Positions 1 through 10,160 of a stretch of DNA of 64,000 nt are shown here, piece after piece (position 1 is the first letter of the stretch; the number at the start of each line of letters is the position of its first letter). The stretch lies in the IMG/VR virus record IMGVR_UViG_3300025669_002088, positions 1 through 64,000 of that record. One strand, written 5' to 3'. Source of the DNA: an uncultured virus (IMG/VR IMGVR_UViG_3300025669_002088). Its lineage: Duplodnaviria; Heunggongvirae; Uroviricota; Caudoviricetes. The position numbers and the translations under genes were made by a program. The notes under the pieces were generated by a model. That model was not told where the DNA came from. It did no database searches and saw only the letters and a program-made list of their open reading frames with translations.

Positions 1-95
1 TGGTCTCTCAGGACTTTGAACTGTAGTTCGGAAGCTACAGCCCACTCCTTGGGGTTGCCTCCGCCGACATGCACAATGGCCTCATCTATCCTCAT
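1..95 (-). CDS. 5' part of a class I SAM-dependent methyltransferase (runs off the window); identical to the start of 45347..45973
   Basis: Bases 1..127 are the exact reverse complement of 45315..45441. The ATG at 95 corresponds to 45347. Confidence 0.8.
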   Translation of the reverse strand, partial: MRIDEAIVHVGGGNPKEWAVASELQFKVLRD

Positions 96-194
96 TTGTT
101 CATCCTTTGTGACTTAGATGTCGCACCCCAAATCCTTCCCGAAGGGGCGAGGCAGTCACTGTAGGGGTTTGGATCCCATTGAGGTTTGATCATC

Positions 195-1010
195 CTAAAC
201 CTCAATGGGATCCAGATGCGGGTTTTTCAGAAGACTGCTCCCCAATACCGCTGTCAGATCAGAGTCCCGGTGCAGCACTCTCGGTTGGAGAACCTTCTCC
301 CGCCCCATCAGTTTGAGAATCGCTGCCTTATCCCCTGTTACGTTCGGGAGTGGCTCCGGTATAGTCCGGGCGAGCCAGCGAGCGTGGACGGCACCCACGA
401 ACTGACTCTGGGTCAGGTCCAGAATGTGGGATGAGATCGCCCCGTCCCAGGTCTGACCTGGCGCAAGAGTTGGAATCTCCACCAACATCACCTGACTGCG
501 GGCACACACAAAGTCCAGGAGAGCGAGGCAGTCTTCAGTGGAGATGTGTTCTATAGCATGGGAGGATACGAAGATGTCGAATGTTCCCATATCGGACATC
601 TCCCAAAGAGGCTTGTCCGCAGCGATGTTCAGGACCCCTCGTCCGATGGCCTCTGGGCTCGTCTGTTGAACGGCGTAGGGGACCATTTCGTACCCGGTCC
701 ACCCTGCAATGGGGAAGACCCTCATACACTCTGCTGCCAGCCACCCATCATAGGAGCCGAACTCAACGACCCGTGCCTGAGAAAGGTCCATCCCCCAGTC
801 CTTTAGTTGTTGGAAGGACCGGAGGAACCACTGCACGTCAGCGCAGTGCTGCTGTTTGAGTTTGGGGTACAGTGTGTCCCAGATCTCACGGTGCTCAGCA
901 TAGGTGAACTCAGGGTAATGTGCCCGCCAGAGATCCCATATTCGGGACGATGTCAGGAAGTCCTGTGCTCCCTTGATCTTATCGACGATGTTCCGATTTT
1001 CTCCTACCAT
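195..1010 (-). CDS. class I SAM-dependent methyltransferase
   Basis: VVEFGSYDG SAM motif, GYE, and FDIFVSSHAIEHI. Confidence 0.75.
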   Translation of the reverse strand: MVGENRNIVDKIKGAQDFLTSSRIWDLWRAHYPEFTYAEHREIWDTLYPKLKQQHCADVQWFLRSFQQLKDWGMDLSQARVVEFGSYDGWLAAECMRVFPIAGWTGYEMVPYAVQQTSPEAIGRGVLNIAADKPLWEMSDMGTFDIFVSSHAIEHISTEDCLALLDFVCARSQVMLVEIPTLAPGQTWDGAISSHILDLTQSQFVGAVHARWLARTIPEPLPNVTGDKAAILKLMGREKVLQPRVLHRDSDLTAVLGSSLLKNPHLDPIEV

Positions 1011-2047
1011 GGTATCAACTCGTCCGGGGTTTCCTCTGCGGGCACCCCGTCTAGAATTTGGGTGAGTCGTTCAGTAAGCAACCCGACCCGTGCCGAACAG
1101 GTGTGGTTTCGTTGGATAAGCCGAGCAGCATTACGAGTGATCCTTCTCCGTTCAGTGTTGTTCTTCAGATAGTATCTTAGCTTGTCCAGGTAATTTAGGT
1201 GGTCAATGACCACCATCGTTTCTCCGTCCACGAACCCGTTGATTGCTGCGTCCTTGGGCAGAGGGGCCATAACGAGGCATCCGCAGGCCATTGACTCATA
1301 GAACTTCTGAACGGGGACATTGATGATGCTCCCACAAAAAAGGATCGTTTTAGACTGTCTCAGACAATCAGCATACCAGTTTTGGTGCTTGTCGAAAACA
1401 GGGATATCGCTGGTCTTCTCTCGGGGCGTTGTGGAAATCAATCTAAAAATGATGTCCTTAGCCTCACGAGACCGGAGATGATTTGTTACAAGGATTCGAA
1501 TGGGATAGAAACGTCCTATGGCTCCGGTAAAAAACACGTCAAAGGGACGCTCTTCCTCCAAGGTTGTGTGGAAAAACCATTCAGGCACACAGAAGGGTAC
1601 CCGGAGGAAAGGGAGATCCGAAGCCGGTTGGAGGATCCGTTTGTAAGGATCCGTCATCCAGGCTGTCATCACGTCCCACCCTTTACCCTTGGTGGGAAAA
1701 GGATTCTGGGGAAAAGGATGCTCATCTATGTTTCTCACCCAGTGCAGCCACTGAGCGAGGAAGGCACTGGAGAGAGTGGGGACCATTTTCACAGCTTGGG
1801 TCATGGCAGGTTCCGCCCAGTCCACGATCATCTCTGAAACAGGCCGAAGGTGTGACAAAGCATGAGGGTCGCTTTGGACACGGAAAACATTCAGGGTTGC
1901 GGGACCTTCATTAAAAGCGACATCAGCGGACTGTCCCTCATCGACTTGTGTCAGATGAGGAGAGCGACCCATTGCTTCGAACAGATGTCGAGAGTGGGAT
2001 CGGTCACTGATGGTTGACACTGGGATGCGTACACGCAGTTTGGTCAT
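1004..2047 (-). CDS. glycosyltransferase (GT-B, CgeB/Glyco_trans_1_2-like C-terminus)
   Basis: DVFFTG..YPIR, KFYESMACG, YYLKNNTERRRITRNA...HT motifs. Confidence 0.75.
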   Translation of the reverse strand: MTKLRVRIPVSTISDRSHSRHLFEAMGRSPHLTQVDEGQSADVAFNEGPATLNVFRVQSDPHALSHLRPVSEMIVDWAEPAMTQAVKMVPTLSSAFLAQWLHWVRNIDEHPFPQNPFPTKGKGWDVMTAWMTDPYKRILQPASDLPFLRVPFCVPEWFFHTTLEEERPFDVFFTGAIGRFYPIRILVTNHLRSREAKDIIFRLISTTPREKTSDIPVFDKHQNWYADCLRQSKTILFCGSIINVPVQKFYESMACGCLVMAPLPKDAAINGFVDGETMVVIDHLNYLDKLRYYLKNNTERRRITRNAARLIQRNHTCSARVGLLTERLTQILDGVPAEETPDELIPW

Positions 2048-2048
2048 C

Positions 2049-3083
2049 TTAGCGTTTCCATGCCAGCAGCGTTCGCATCAATCCACTACCACGTTCTGCG
2101 ACCACAGAACCTTCTCCAGCGGCCCCCGATTTGCGGCACCAATCGAAGACAGCTTCAGGTTTCACGAATGAGGAGTTTCCTCCTACGGGATCTTCGGGAG
2201 CAGGACAGTCGAGGAACACAGTGGGAGCCTTTGCCACCAACCGCCGGAAGATCTCATGTCCCTGTTCATCCCGCCCATCCACTTGGTGGTGATTGAGCAG
2301 GGATAGGCAGACGATGAAGTCAGTTCGTTTCTGATGTTCGGTCACGTCCGGGATGTTGCCACATTTGTGGAAGCTGGCCCGAGGTGCCTTGTCCTCGTCA
2401 CACCAGGCCCCGATGACCTTCATCCACGCCAGCGCATTGCCCGTGGCGACACACTTGGCGTCGAGATCGATCCCGACCATACTGTGACCCCGCCGGGCGA
2501 GGCCGCATGTCAGTACGCCCGAGTTACACGCCACATCCATACCGTAGGTTGCGTTTGGGAGATGTTTCGCCAGGTAGTCCCCCAGGACGGCAGCCCGGAA
2601 TTCCGAGTCCCTCCGCCATCCCCTCCAGAGAGACAAGTCGGGATGCTCCACCCATTGGTATAGGCTCAGACCCCCGTTCTGGGCAAACAGAGCTTCCTTC
2701 AAACGCCACCACTCCGAGGCTCGGTAAACAACTTCCACGGGTACTTTGGGCAACCCCAGGGCGAGGGCTGTGCAGGATCGGTGCAACCCGTCAGTGATGA
2801 TAATCTGACCATGCGGATTGATCGCCACCTTGATCCGTTGCTTAGGATCGAAACCCTTGGTCTGGATAGACCGCAACAGTTCCTTGACGCCTTCCAGATC
2901 CCGGTCATGACCCGAGGGAGTGTATTCCTCAGGGTCCTTTCCGGCGATGAGTCCTTCTATAACGGAGGACCGGGTGTGTAGGGCCAGTGCCCTGACTCCA
3001 AGGCCACCTTCCTGCCACCAGAGCCAGTGAGGGGGCACTTCGATGTGGTTACCAAAATAGATCTCTGCTTCTTTCGGGTTCAT
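2049..3083 (-). CDS. ParB/Srx-like N-terminal domain fused to a SAM methyltransferase
   Basis: LLRSIQTKGF...IITDGLHR (ParB-like), then MDVACNSG..GIDLD and CLSLLNH. Start taken at the ATG of MNPKE. Confidence 0.65.
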   Translation of the reverse strand: MNPKEAEIYFGNHIEVPPHWLWWQEGGLGVRALALHTRSSVIEGLIAGKDPEEYTPSGHDRDLEGVKELLRSIQTKGFDPKQRIKVAINPHGQIIITDGLHRSCTALALGLPKVPVEVVYRASEWWRLKEALFAQNGGLSLYQWVEHPDLSLWRGWRRDSEFRAAVLGDYLAKHLPNATYGMDVACNSGVLTCGLARRGHSMVGIDLDAKCVATGNALAWMKVIGAWCDEDKAPRASFHKCGNIPDVTEHQKRTDFIVCLSLLNHHQVDGRDEQGHEIFRRLVAKAPTVFLDCPAPEDPVGGNSSFVKPEAVFDWCRKSGAAGEGSVVAERGSGLMRTLLAWKR

Positions 3084-3085
3084 CT

Positions 3086-6000
3086 CTATCCCTTCCAGTT
3101 TCCAAAGCAACCCTGACACGCCGGGTGAGCGTTCGGCTGGTCCCCCGTTACGGACAGCCGCAGTTGAGCATAGTGGTTGTTCTGCCAAGTACCTCCGAGC
3201 CGTATGTTACCGGAGGACTCAGATGGGGGATCTATCCGTCTGCACCCCGAAATCGCTCCCTTGGCGTCCAACCCCAGAGAGACCATCGGTGACATACATT
3301 TGCCTGGGGCACCCTCTGGCCCCAGGATCACCTCAGGCCACACCTCGACCAATTCCGCCCCCGGACAAGTTTTGGCGTGTGCTATTTCCGCTAACGCTTT
3401 GTCAGATCTGGGGGTTAAGACGTCGTTCAAGAAGTCCTTGTCCAATGGGCCATTGTGAGGCAACACATTGATCAGGTGTACGAATTGAACTCTAAGTTCC
3501 TTTGCCAGAGCTAGGAGGGCAGGGATCCTGTGTGCATTGCTATTCGTTACGACATAGGACACTCCCGAGCGGATCGGGGAGGCACTCATTAATCGGATCC
3601 CCTCTAATACCTTGAGCCAGAAATCGGTGCGGGTCGTGGCCTGGTGCTCCTCCGCCGTGGTGGCATTCAAGGACACGGAAAGGTAGCTGATGGGAAGCCC
3701 CTGAAGCTCCGCAGCATTTTTCCAGAGGAGACTGCCGTTGGTGATGAGCCCGACAACAACCTTATGTGACCCGCAGATGCGAATCAACTCCGGCAACTGT
3801 GGATGCAGCAGCGGTTCCCCGAAACCAGCGATACAGCAGCCCCGGATGGTGGGATACCTGTTCAAAGCTGTCGTCAGGGTTGCGGGGGTGATATCCCCTT
3901 GTTGAGGCACGCCTTCGGGAGTTTGTCGTTTGCAGGGGGTTGTACCGAACACACATTTGAAATTGCACTTGTCTGTGAGGTAAAGGGTCATCTCACGGGG
4001 TCCATGGCTGAACTCCCCTACGTAGGAAGCAAGGCGACGGTAGTCCTGATCTGCAGCCCGGAAGTCCATCTCCTTGTCCTCCGGTTGTTCCCCAGTCAGC
4101 CCCACGGTAGCACCCAAAAACTTGGCCTGGCGAATTTCGTTGCCTGGTTCAGCCAACCACTCCTGCATCAACATCTGAGGGTACTTTGACAACCAACCCA
4201 TCCAGGATAACTTCCGATGTTTCTGCATCAGTCGCTTCCAACGGACGAAAGCCATCTCGGGTGTCTGGGATGCGAGATGCGTTCCAAAGATCTCGGCAGT
4301 CCGGGTGTATTCCTCGGTCCACACCCCATTAGTTTCTTTGCGGACTCTACCAGGGGAGTTGTCGGCCACGATCTCGTGGCCGTTTGTACGCAGTAGCTCA
4401 TTCTGGCCCATCTCACAGGAGAGGGCTTCTTTGTACGGGTACTGTTTACAGATAGCGTGATTGTATATTTTGACACCCTGAATGGGTCGGTGAACGTCAT
4501 CGTCCCACAACCACCCAACATACTGAGCAGCTTTCGTTGTCGTGATCTTTTCATAAAGGCGTCTGATAGCAGAGGGATCTAATAGCATATCAGCATCGAT
4601 CTGAACGTAATAGGGTGTCTGACAACGATCCATCATCTGCTGGAAGGCCCGCCACATAGGGGCTACATTACGAATATCCTCCCGAAGAAATAGGGAATCC
4701 TGGTTGTCTAAGTGTTTGTGACAGGTCGGTGTTGATGGTTCTCCGCTAGAGATAACAAATACGGTCACAAAGTTTTGCAGATCCTGTTTGCCATTTGCCA
4801 TTTCTGATTCCTTTGCCGGGTGTGCAGGAGGATTTACCCTAATAGGGTGTACGGGAGGGTTTACCAGGGCAGGAGTGGAAAGCGACAAAGCTGGGGCTGT
4901 GACCGCCGCTGGGACGGGTTCCTGTGGCATCATGGGGAAGCCTAACCCTTGCAGAATGTCAGTAGCCTCCGCCTTGTACTGGAGGGACAACCTGTCAAGC
5001 AGTTCCCTTTGGGCATGAAGCAGTTTAATCCTGTCCGCCGGATGATCAAGAAGATGCTGGGTAAGCCTTCGGATTTCATCACTAGCAATGGCTGGTCGGA
5101 CACAACATAGTTCCTGTGCCCATTTTGGCAGATCCTTGACCCAACGAATAGTATCACACAAAACTACGGGGGTGCCTGCGTAGATGGCCTCCATCACGAG
5201 GTAAGGCCAGGTGTCCGACAGGCTCGTGTGGATCATCACGTCCATAGAGGACACGAGTTTGACGGCTGCTCCACGGGAAAGTACACCGTATGTTTTCCAA
5301 CTCTGAGCGGCAACGAGAAGAGCCTGAACGGCAGCCCCCCGCAGTTCTAATGTTGATGACGTTGACAGGTGTAAGTGTCCACTGGTCTGGGTTGCTCCTG
5401 CAACGCATGCCAAAATATTTTTAGCATTCGAAGGGTAATGTCCGCAAAACCCCACCATCACAGAGCCTGGCTTTTTTGGTGCCCTCCCTAATGACTGAAG
5501 TCGTTGGGAGTCCCATACGGGGACCATTCGGGTAGCTCCTACAGGAAGAACATCTCGGGTTTCAAGCCACAGGAACCGGCCCTGTCCACTGGCTGACATC
5601 CGTAGAGCTTCGCTTAATGTTCCTCCCTCACCCATCAGATCAGAGCCAGCAAAGCCACTGTGCCACAGAATGTGTGCAAGTTTGGGGTAGTAGGCACAGA
5701 GTTTTCGTGCTCCTGTCCACCAGCCATGGAACAAAACGGGTTGACCCGAACGGAGTGCCTCATCCGCTTCTGCACGAGAGACTGCTTTGAACCCGATGCT
5801 CAAAAGACCGTCAGTGAAGGCTTGTTGTCCGGCCCCTCCGGGGACACATGTGAGCGGGACGTTGCCTTGGGGTACGAGGATGGGGGGTGGTCTGGGTGTG
5901 ATCACTTGGGGAGTAGCCGAAATCTTTTTGGGTGCTTCTTTAGGGGGGTTTGGAGCTACCCACGTGCCGTCCAAAACACCTAGCCCCCGGCGAAGGAGTT

Positions 6001-6694
6001 CCTTAGCTTCAGACTCCGCCCATGTTGCTCTGTTTCCTTTACCTGTCACTATAAAGCGACCCCGGACCATTGAGCGTTCTGACTCCAGCACAGGCCGGTC
6101 CCAGATGTTTTCCCCATGCTGAAGGCATACGGGCATCCCTTCGAGCAACGAAGTGATATCCTTGTGCGCTGGTTTCCGGGGGAGCCTGCGGATTCTATAT
6201 GCAGCCTTGGCATCCTTGCCATTCGGGATTGGGGGCCACCCTCGGATTTCCCTCAGGAGCTTCGTGGTGTAGGACATAGAGGTGCCCACCAAGCCATCCT
6301 TGTCCCCCTTCCAGAAGGTTACACAATCGTGGATCATGTCATAGAAGTAACAGTTTCGAGTGCCCGACCATTCATAACCCTCCAAGAAGGCTTGGATAGA
6401 AGCCGCAGCCCTGTTCGGAGGTTGAAGGTCATCATCATCCGCCAGCATCACCAGTTCAGCGTCGGTCCTGGCCACCAAGGCGTTCAGCTTCACCGTGACC
6501 TTGGGATCGGCAACAACCTGATAGGGAACATCTGCTTCAGCGGCCACCTCTTTGCCAGGGTCCTCAGCCTCTCCCGCCACCAAGATCTCAACATCCCAAC
6601 CGTCAGGAATGCCCTGCTGTTGCTGGAGAGAGTCCAGGCACGCTCGGAGAAGCTGCGGCCTGTGATGTGTAGCGACTAGGAAAGCGGCTTTCAT
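3086..6694 (-). CDS. multidomain glycosyltransferase (GT2 + GT-B-like + GT2-like) fused to a radical SAM/SPASM domain
   Basis: ADDDD and IDADM DxD motifs, SDTWPYLVMEA (GT4-like), CNFKC..C, GFGEPLLHP, ITNGSLL, terminal CQGC. Confidence 0.8.
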   Translation of the reverse strand: MKAAFLVATHHRPQLLRACLDSLQQQQGIPDGWDVEILVAGEAEDPGKEVAAEADVPYQVVADPKVTVKLNALVARTDAELVMLADDDDLQPPNRAAASIQAFLEGYEWSGTRNCYFYDMIHDCVTFWKGDKDGLVGTSMSYTTKLLREIRGWPPIPNGKDAKAAYRIRRLPRKPAHKDITSLLEGMPVCLQHGENIWDRPVLESERSMVRGRFIVTGKGNRATWAESEAKELLRRGLGVLDGTWVAPNPPKEAPKKISATPQVITPRPPPILVPQGNVPLTCVPGGAGQQAFTDGLLSIGFKAVSRAEADEALRSGQPVLFHGWWTGARKLCAYYPKLAHILWHSGFAGSDLMGEGGTLSEALRMSASGQGRFLWLETRDVLPVGATRMVPVWDSQRLQSLGRAPKKPGSVMVGFCGHYPSNAKNILACVAGATQTSGHLHLSTSSTLELRGAAVQALLVAAQSWKTYGVLSRGAAVKLVSSMDVMIHTSLSDTWPYLVMEAIYAGTPVVLCDTIRWVKDLPKWAQELCCVRPAIASDEIRRLTQHLLDHPADRIKLLHAQRELLDRLSLQYKAEATDILQGLGFPMMPQEPVPAAVTAPALSLSTPALVNPPVHPIRVNPPAHPAKESEMANGKQDLQNFVTVFVISSGEPSTPTCHKHLDNQDSLFLREDIRNVAPMWRAFQQMMDRCQTPYYVQIDADMLLDPSAIRRLYEKITTTKAAQYVGWLWDDDVHRPIQGVKIYNHAICKQYPYKEALSCEMGQNELLRTNGHEIVADNSPGRVRKETNGVWTEEYTRTAEIFGTHLASQTPEMAFVRWKRLMQKHRKLSWMGWLSKYPQMLMQEWLAEPGNEIRQAKFLGATVGLTGEQPEDKEMDFRAADQDYRRLASYVGEFSHGPREMTLYLTDKCNFKCVFGTTPCKRQTPEGVPQQGDITPATLTTALNRYPTIRGCCIAGFGEPLLHPQLPELIRICGSHKVVVGLITNGSLLWKNAAELQGLPISYLSVSLNATTAEEHQATTRTDFWLKVLEGIRLMSASPIRSGVSYVVTNSNAHRIPALLALAKELRVQFVHLINVLPHNGPLDKDFLNDVLTPRSDKALAEIAHAKTCPGAELVEVWPEVILGPEGAPGKCMSPMVSLGLDAKGAISGCRRIDPPSESSGNIRLGGTWQNNHYAQLRLSVTGDQPNAHPACQGCFGNWKG

Positions 6695-6723
6695 GTCCCT
6701 TACCTTTGGTAGAGGAACTATAG

Positions 6724-7994
6724 TCAACAATGCTGTAGCAATTTCTTGCTTTCATTGTCTTTTATGGTAACGGGGACTATAGGCTCCCGCCCTTCATCAA
6801 ACAAACCATCAGAAGTCCAGAAGAACCCTTTACGATTTATTTGACTTAGCCGCACCCACCATTGGATCTCAAAGAGATCGAGTTTCAAGTTGGAAGCCGC
6901 ATTCAAGTCAGCATCGGTGATAAAACCACATTTGCCGCATCTGAACGTCTTACCTTTCCTGTTACTCTTACGGACCCAGCCACATTGGCTACACCTCTGA
7001 GACCTAAACTCATTCGCTACCTCCCGAAAAAGGAAACCTTCCTCCTCAGAGAGACGAACAAGTTTGTCTTTGATCAAAGTGTAACGCCAGTGTGACATAT
7101 AACGTGAACTCCGTTCACCCCTACGGAGATGCTTGATCTTCTCAAAACGAACTTCTTTCACGTCCTTGAAGTTAAGTTGATTCAAGGACCAATGGATGTA
7201 GTTCTTGCGATGCTCTTGGGTACGACGAAAGCCATTCGATCCCTTTTGCTTACGAGCAAGTTTTGCTTGGATCGTTTGGAGGTTATGCCCATGGGGACAC
7301 GACAGTGTCGTTGCACCATTTGAAAGAGTCAACGCAGTAACTAATCCCTGGTCTGCCCCAACTATCTGACTTCCTGAAACGTTTTTGTTTGGTACTTCGT
7401 AAATTAGATGTAGTGTGTCTTCAGAGATCCTAACACACACTTTCAGGATTCCTTTAGTCTGCCACTTGTTGGAGCATCGAGTTCTTTTGATGGGGACTCT
7501 AATGTGTGGAATACCAAGGGATGAGAGTTGGACAAACAAAAGATGTCTGTCTCTTGGAAACTCACAAAGCGAGAGTCTAGTTCCAGATTGATTCCTGAAG
7601 CATCTGGCTTAACAAGAGGTTGCCGGTCAACCTTTGACTGAAGTCGTTTGTACTTGCCACCTTCTCGCTGAAGGTTGGCCAACACGAAAAGTTGTTTCCG
7701 TCGTTTCTCTGTGGCTGCCTTGAGCATCATAATGGCTTGTTTTCCAGCAGCTTGCTGAAGCCTTGCTGACATCCACGTTGGGAACTGCTTGAGATATTTT
7801 GTGGGTAAATGATTCTTGCCCTTGAAGTCCAGTCTGTTTGAGCTTGGGAAAATGTTCCACGCTGGAAACCCCTTCTCCCATATGTCGTTTATGATGCATT
7901 GGACAAAAAGGCGGTACTCTCCGATAAGTTCGCCTACCAATCTCACCTTACCTGGGTTTGCAAACCGCAAACTATGGGCAGAAGACCGAATCAT
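6724..7994 (-). pseudogene. tnpB: frameshifted TnpB (IS200/605/607-type RNA-guided nuclease)
   Basis: Split into ORFs 7443..7994 and 6724..7539. RuvC GADQG / FEKI / DADLNAA and Zn finger SQRCSQCG..FRCGKCG are present; the segment is AT-rich. Confidence 0.8.
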
Positions 7995-8065
7995 TTAGCC
8001 ACCTTAAGTTCTCAATCCCATGGTTGCAGTTTACTAAAGAAAAACAAAAAACACAAGCCTTCTTA

Positions 8066-8740
8066 TCAAGGTAAGCTATACCACCCAGAGGAGTTCTCAG
8101 CACCTATGAATATGGCGGAGAGTTCCACGGCACGCCTGATGCGGTCAATAGTGTCCTGGATGAGAGCCTTCGCTTTGTCAGACGGTCCTGAAGCGGCCCT
8201 GAGAAGGTACGCCGGATGGTAAATCGGCACGATAGGGATCCCACCAGCCTCATAGATCAGATCCGTTACCTTGAGCAGCGAACCCATCGCACCCCACTGC
8301 TGGGACAATTTACTGGTGGCATGCCTTCCCAACGTGATCAGGACTCTCGGACCGATGGCGGCGATCTGACGTTGGAGGAAGGGGTAGCAAACAGCAACCT
8401 CGTCAGGCTGGGGGTCACGGTTCCCCGGAGGCCGACATTTGAGCACGTTGGCGATGTAACACTCATCCCGTGTCACCCCCGCCCTTGTCAGGAGAACGTC
8501 CAGGATGCCCCCCGCACGGCCCACAAAGGGCACTCCCTGCTCATCCTCGTGTTGACCGGGTGCCTCTCCTACGATCATGATGCGGGCGTTGGGGTCACCG
8601 GCTCCGAAGACGACATTATGTCGATCTTTTTGGAGCCTGCATCGGGGGCAGTTCACCAGGGCTTTCTGGATGTGTTTCAGGGTCTCTTTCGACATCATTT
8701 CTCCTTGGGGCGATTTATCATCCATTTGGGAAGGGTTCAA
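8066..8740 (-). CDS. udg: uracil-DNA glycosylase family 4
   Basis: CPRCRL, VGEAPG, PFVGRAG, NVLKCRPPGNRDP, YHPAYLLR. Confidence 0.92.
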   Translation of the reverse strand: MNPSQMDDKSPQGEMMSKETLKHIQKALVNCPRCRLQKDRHNVVFGAGDPNARIMIVGEAPGQHEDEQGVPFVGRAGGILDVLLTRAGVTRDECYIANVLKCRPPGNRDPQPDEVAVCYPFLQRQIAAIGPRVLITLGRHATSKLSQQWGAMGSLLKVTDLIYEAGGIPIVPIYHPAYLLRAASGPSDKAKALIQDTIDRIRRAVELSAIFIGAENSSGWYSLP

Positions 8741-8842
8741 AGGCGACCTTCATTCGTGCCCTTGCAGTAACAGCGGGGACAGACCAGTCCTTGGTTTTTA
8801 TGGCCATTGTGTTCTCTCCCATTGTGATGGGGCCTCTAAGAT

Positions 8843-9526
8843 TCAGGGGGTGACATCGGGCTGAAACGTCGGTGTGACGACGGCGGGTCTCCCTGGGAGC
8901 ATAATTCTGTTGTCCTGAAGGGGGAGGCCCACTACATCCACGAGGGGGCTCTGGGCCAGCAACTCGTTGGCGGAGGATTCGTCCAGATCGAACAGGTACT
9001 CGTCCTCCTCAGCGTAGGCTCGTAACGTGTCGTTCTCCCAACGCACCTCTCGAACCATCTCATAAGGTCCGAGTACCCGACGCCGAGCACGTTCTGCCCA
9101 CTCTGTGTCCACGTAAATCCTATCAGGTGGGGTGCCCGGATCCGCTTGGTGGGTAACGGAGAGAAGGGCAGACCCAAATCGGATTCTGTTCCTGGAGGGG
9201 GGAACCACACCACCGTCCCCTCCCATGGGGCGATTAAGGGTCTGCATGATCGCCCGTGCCTGGATGAACAGCTCGTCTCGGTCGTCCTGGCAGTCAGCGA
9301 TAAGGAAGCAACTTTGACTTTGCCTAAGGTCCATGCACGCTCGGACACACATCCAGGTGCTGGCCCCAAGCTGACGGAAACAATCGTCGGTAGGAACTTG
9401 GGGTTTTGTGGAAAGCAACCCGCCACTACTATGACGAGAGACGTTCATCAGGAAAGCATCCTGCATGAACTCATCCAAGGGACGCAGACCCAGTCTGCTA
9501 TACGCCCTCTCCAATCCACTCCACAT
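8843..9526 (-). CDS. hypothetical protein
   Basis: 227-aa ORF co-oriented within a minus-strand run. Confidence 0.55.
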   Translation of the reverse strand: MWSGLERAYSRLGLRPLDEFMQDAFLMNVSRHSSGGLLSTKPQVPTDDCFRQLGASTWMCVRACMDLRQSQSCFLIADCQDDRDELFIQARAIMQTLNRPMGGDGGVVPPSRNRIRFGSALLSVTHQADPGTPPDRIYVDTEWAERARRRVLGPYEMVREVRWENDTLRAYAEEDEYLFDLDESSANELLAQSPLVDVVGLPLQDNRIMLPGRPAVVTPTFQPDVTP

Positions 9527-9540
9527 CGGTGCTTGTTTGA

Positions 9541-10146
9541 TCAGGGATCACCTCCGGTAGTCAATTCCAAAATAGTACGGAGCCGTGGTTCTCTAAACAG
9601 GGGAAAGCCATAGGCCACGTCATCCAGGAACGACCCCGTCGCCCCAATACGGTGCATCCGGGCAAGGAGGGAGTCCGTATCAAAGGTGGCCCCATAGTAG
9701 GCCCAGTCTTCGGGGATGGTACCCCAGATCCGATTTCGTAACCTTCCCCTGTGCCTGGGTTTCTCAGTTTTCCAGGTCAGGTCGACCACTTTGCCGTTGA
9801 TGGAGGCCCACCCGTGGAGGGTGGGGACGCTGTTCAACCCGATGGCCCACCCCTCGCAGTAAATTAGTTCCCGTGATGTATCGAAAGCCACCAAGAGTTG
9901 GGCGTTGTAATAGCAATGCCCCAATCTGAAGTGTTTCTCGGGGCACAGGGTAAGAGCTTGCAGGACTGTGGTCCTTTCCTGCGGGGTCAAAGGACCAGAG
10001 GAAAAGGGTGAACCCCTGTCCAGGACATAATCCTCGCCACCTTGGTAGTTGTAGCCCTCCGGGAAGACGAGTCCGAGCCTCTTCTTGAAACGGACGGTCT
10101 CCCTCAGATACTGGAGCAGTGTTTCCTTGACGGTCCCCACGGACAC
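9541..10146 (-). CDS. hypothetical phage protein (CYYNA..YCEG..HGW..VVDLTW family)
   Basis: GGAGG RBS before GTG; transglutaminase-like Cys/His/Asp spacing. Confidence 0.65.
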   Translation of the reverse strand: MSVGTVKETLLQYLRETVRFKKRLGLVFPEGYNYQGGEDYVLDRGSPFSSGPLTPQERTTVLQALTLCPEKHFRLGHCYYNAQLLVAFDTSRELIYCEGWAIGLNSVPTLHGWASINGKVVDLTWKTEKPRHRGRLRNRIWGTIPEDWAYYGATFDTDSLLARMHRIGATGSFLDDVAYGFPLFREPRLRTILELTTGGDP

Positions 10147-10160
10147 CTCCTGTCACTGTT

